Source: Hypanus sabinus
Lineage: Eukaryota
Assembly: GCF_030144855.1 (NCBI RefSeq)
Contig: NC_082721.1
Coordinates: 44,144,001 to 44,208,000 of the forward strand
DNA length: 64,000 nucleotides
Direction: 5' to 3'
Part shown: piece by piece, positions 63,931-64,000 of the stretch
Position numbering within the stretch: position 1 is the stretch's first letter
How the letters are laid out: each line of letters starts with the position of its first letter
Notes under the pieces: generated by a model
The model's input: the letters and a program-made list of their open reading frames with translations, nothing else
What the model was told of the DNA's origin: nothing
Databases searched by the model: none
Position numbers and translations under genes: made by a program

Positions 63931-64000
63931 ATGAGGTTTGAATGGGTTTAGGTCTGCTGAATATTTGTTATTTCAGAAAGAAAAGAAGCTTTGAAGATTT

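Overview
Repeat-rich vertebrate genomic DNA, very probably from a cartilaginous fish (the repeat landscape looks like a shark or ray). The only intact host gene I can support is a compact immunoglobulin light-chain gene on the minus strand, with leader 15955-15907, a single already-joined VJ exon 15799-15443 and C exon 14297-13975 (242 aa). It looks sigma-type and has an octamer/TATA promoter and a polyA signal. Two decayed V-like relics lie just upstream of it. The rest is nested mobile DNA: many CR1 LINE copies, an RTE LINE, Rex1 fragments, Penelope fragments carrying minimal hammerhead-ribozyme motifs, SINEs, piggyBac-, mariner- and pogo-type MITEs, an L1-type ORF1 and three LTR elements. 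Three items stand out. (1) A young non-autonomous Gypsy element (52752-56776) has a single 759-aa ORF that fuses decayed gag-protease-RT to an apparently captured, intronless myosin heavy-chain rod fragment, and it shows many sense-strand A-to-G changes. (2) A 5.56-kb solo-LTR-like insertion (4946-10501, 5-bp TSD) contains a 32/38-bp GC-rich satellite of about 140 copies, which explains the giant six-frame ORFs. (3) The sigma-type light chain is VJ-joined in genomic DNA. Family assignments rest on remembered motifs, not database searches.
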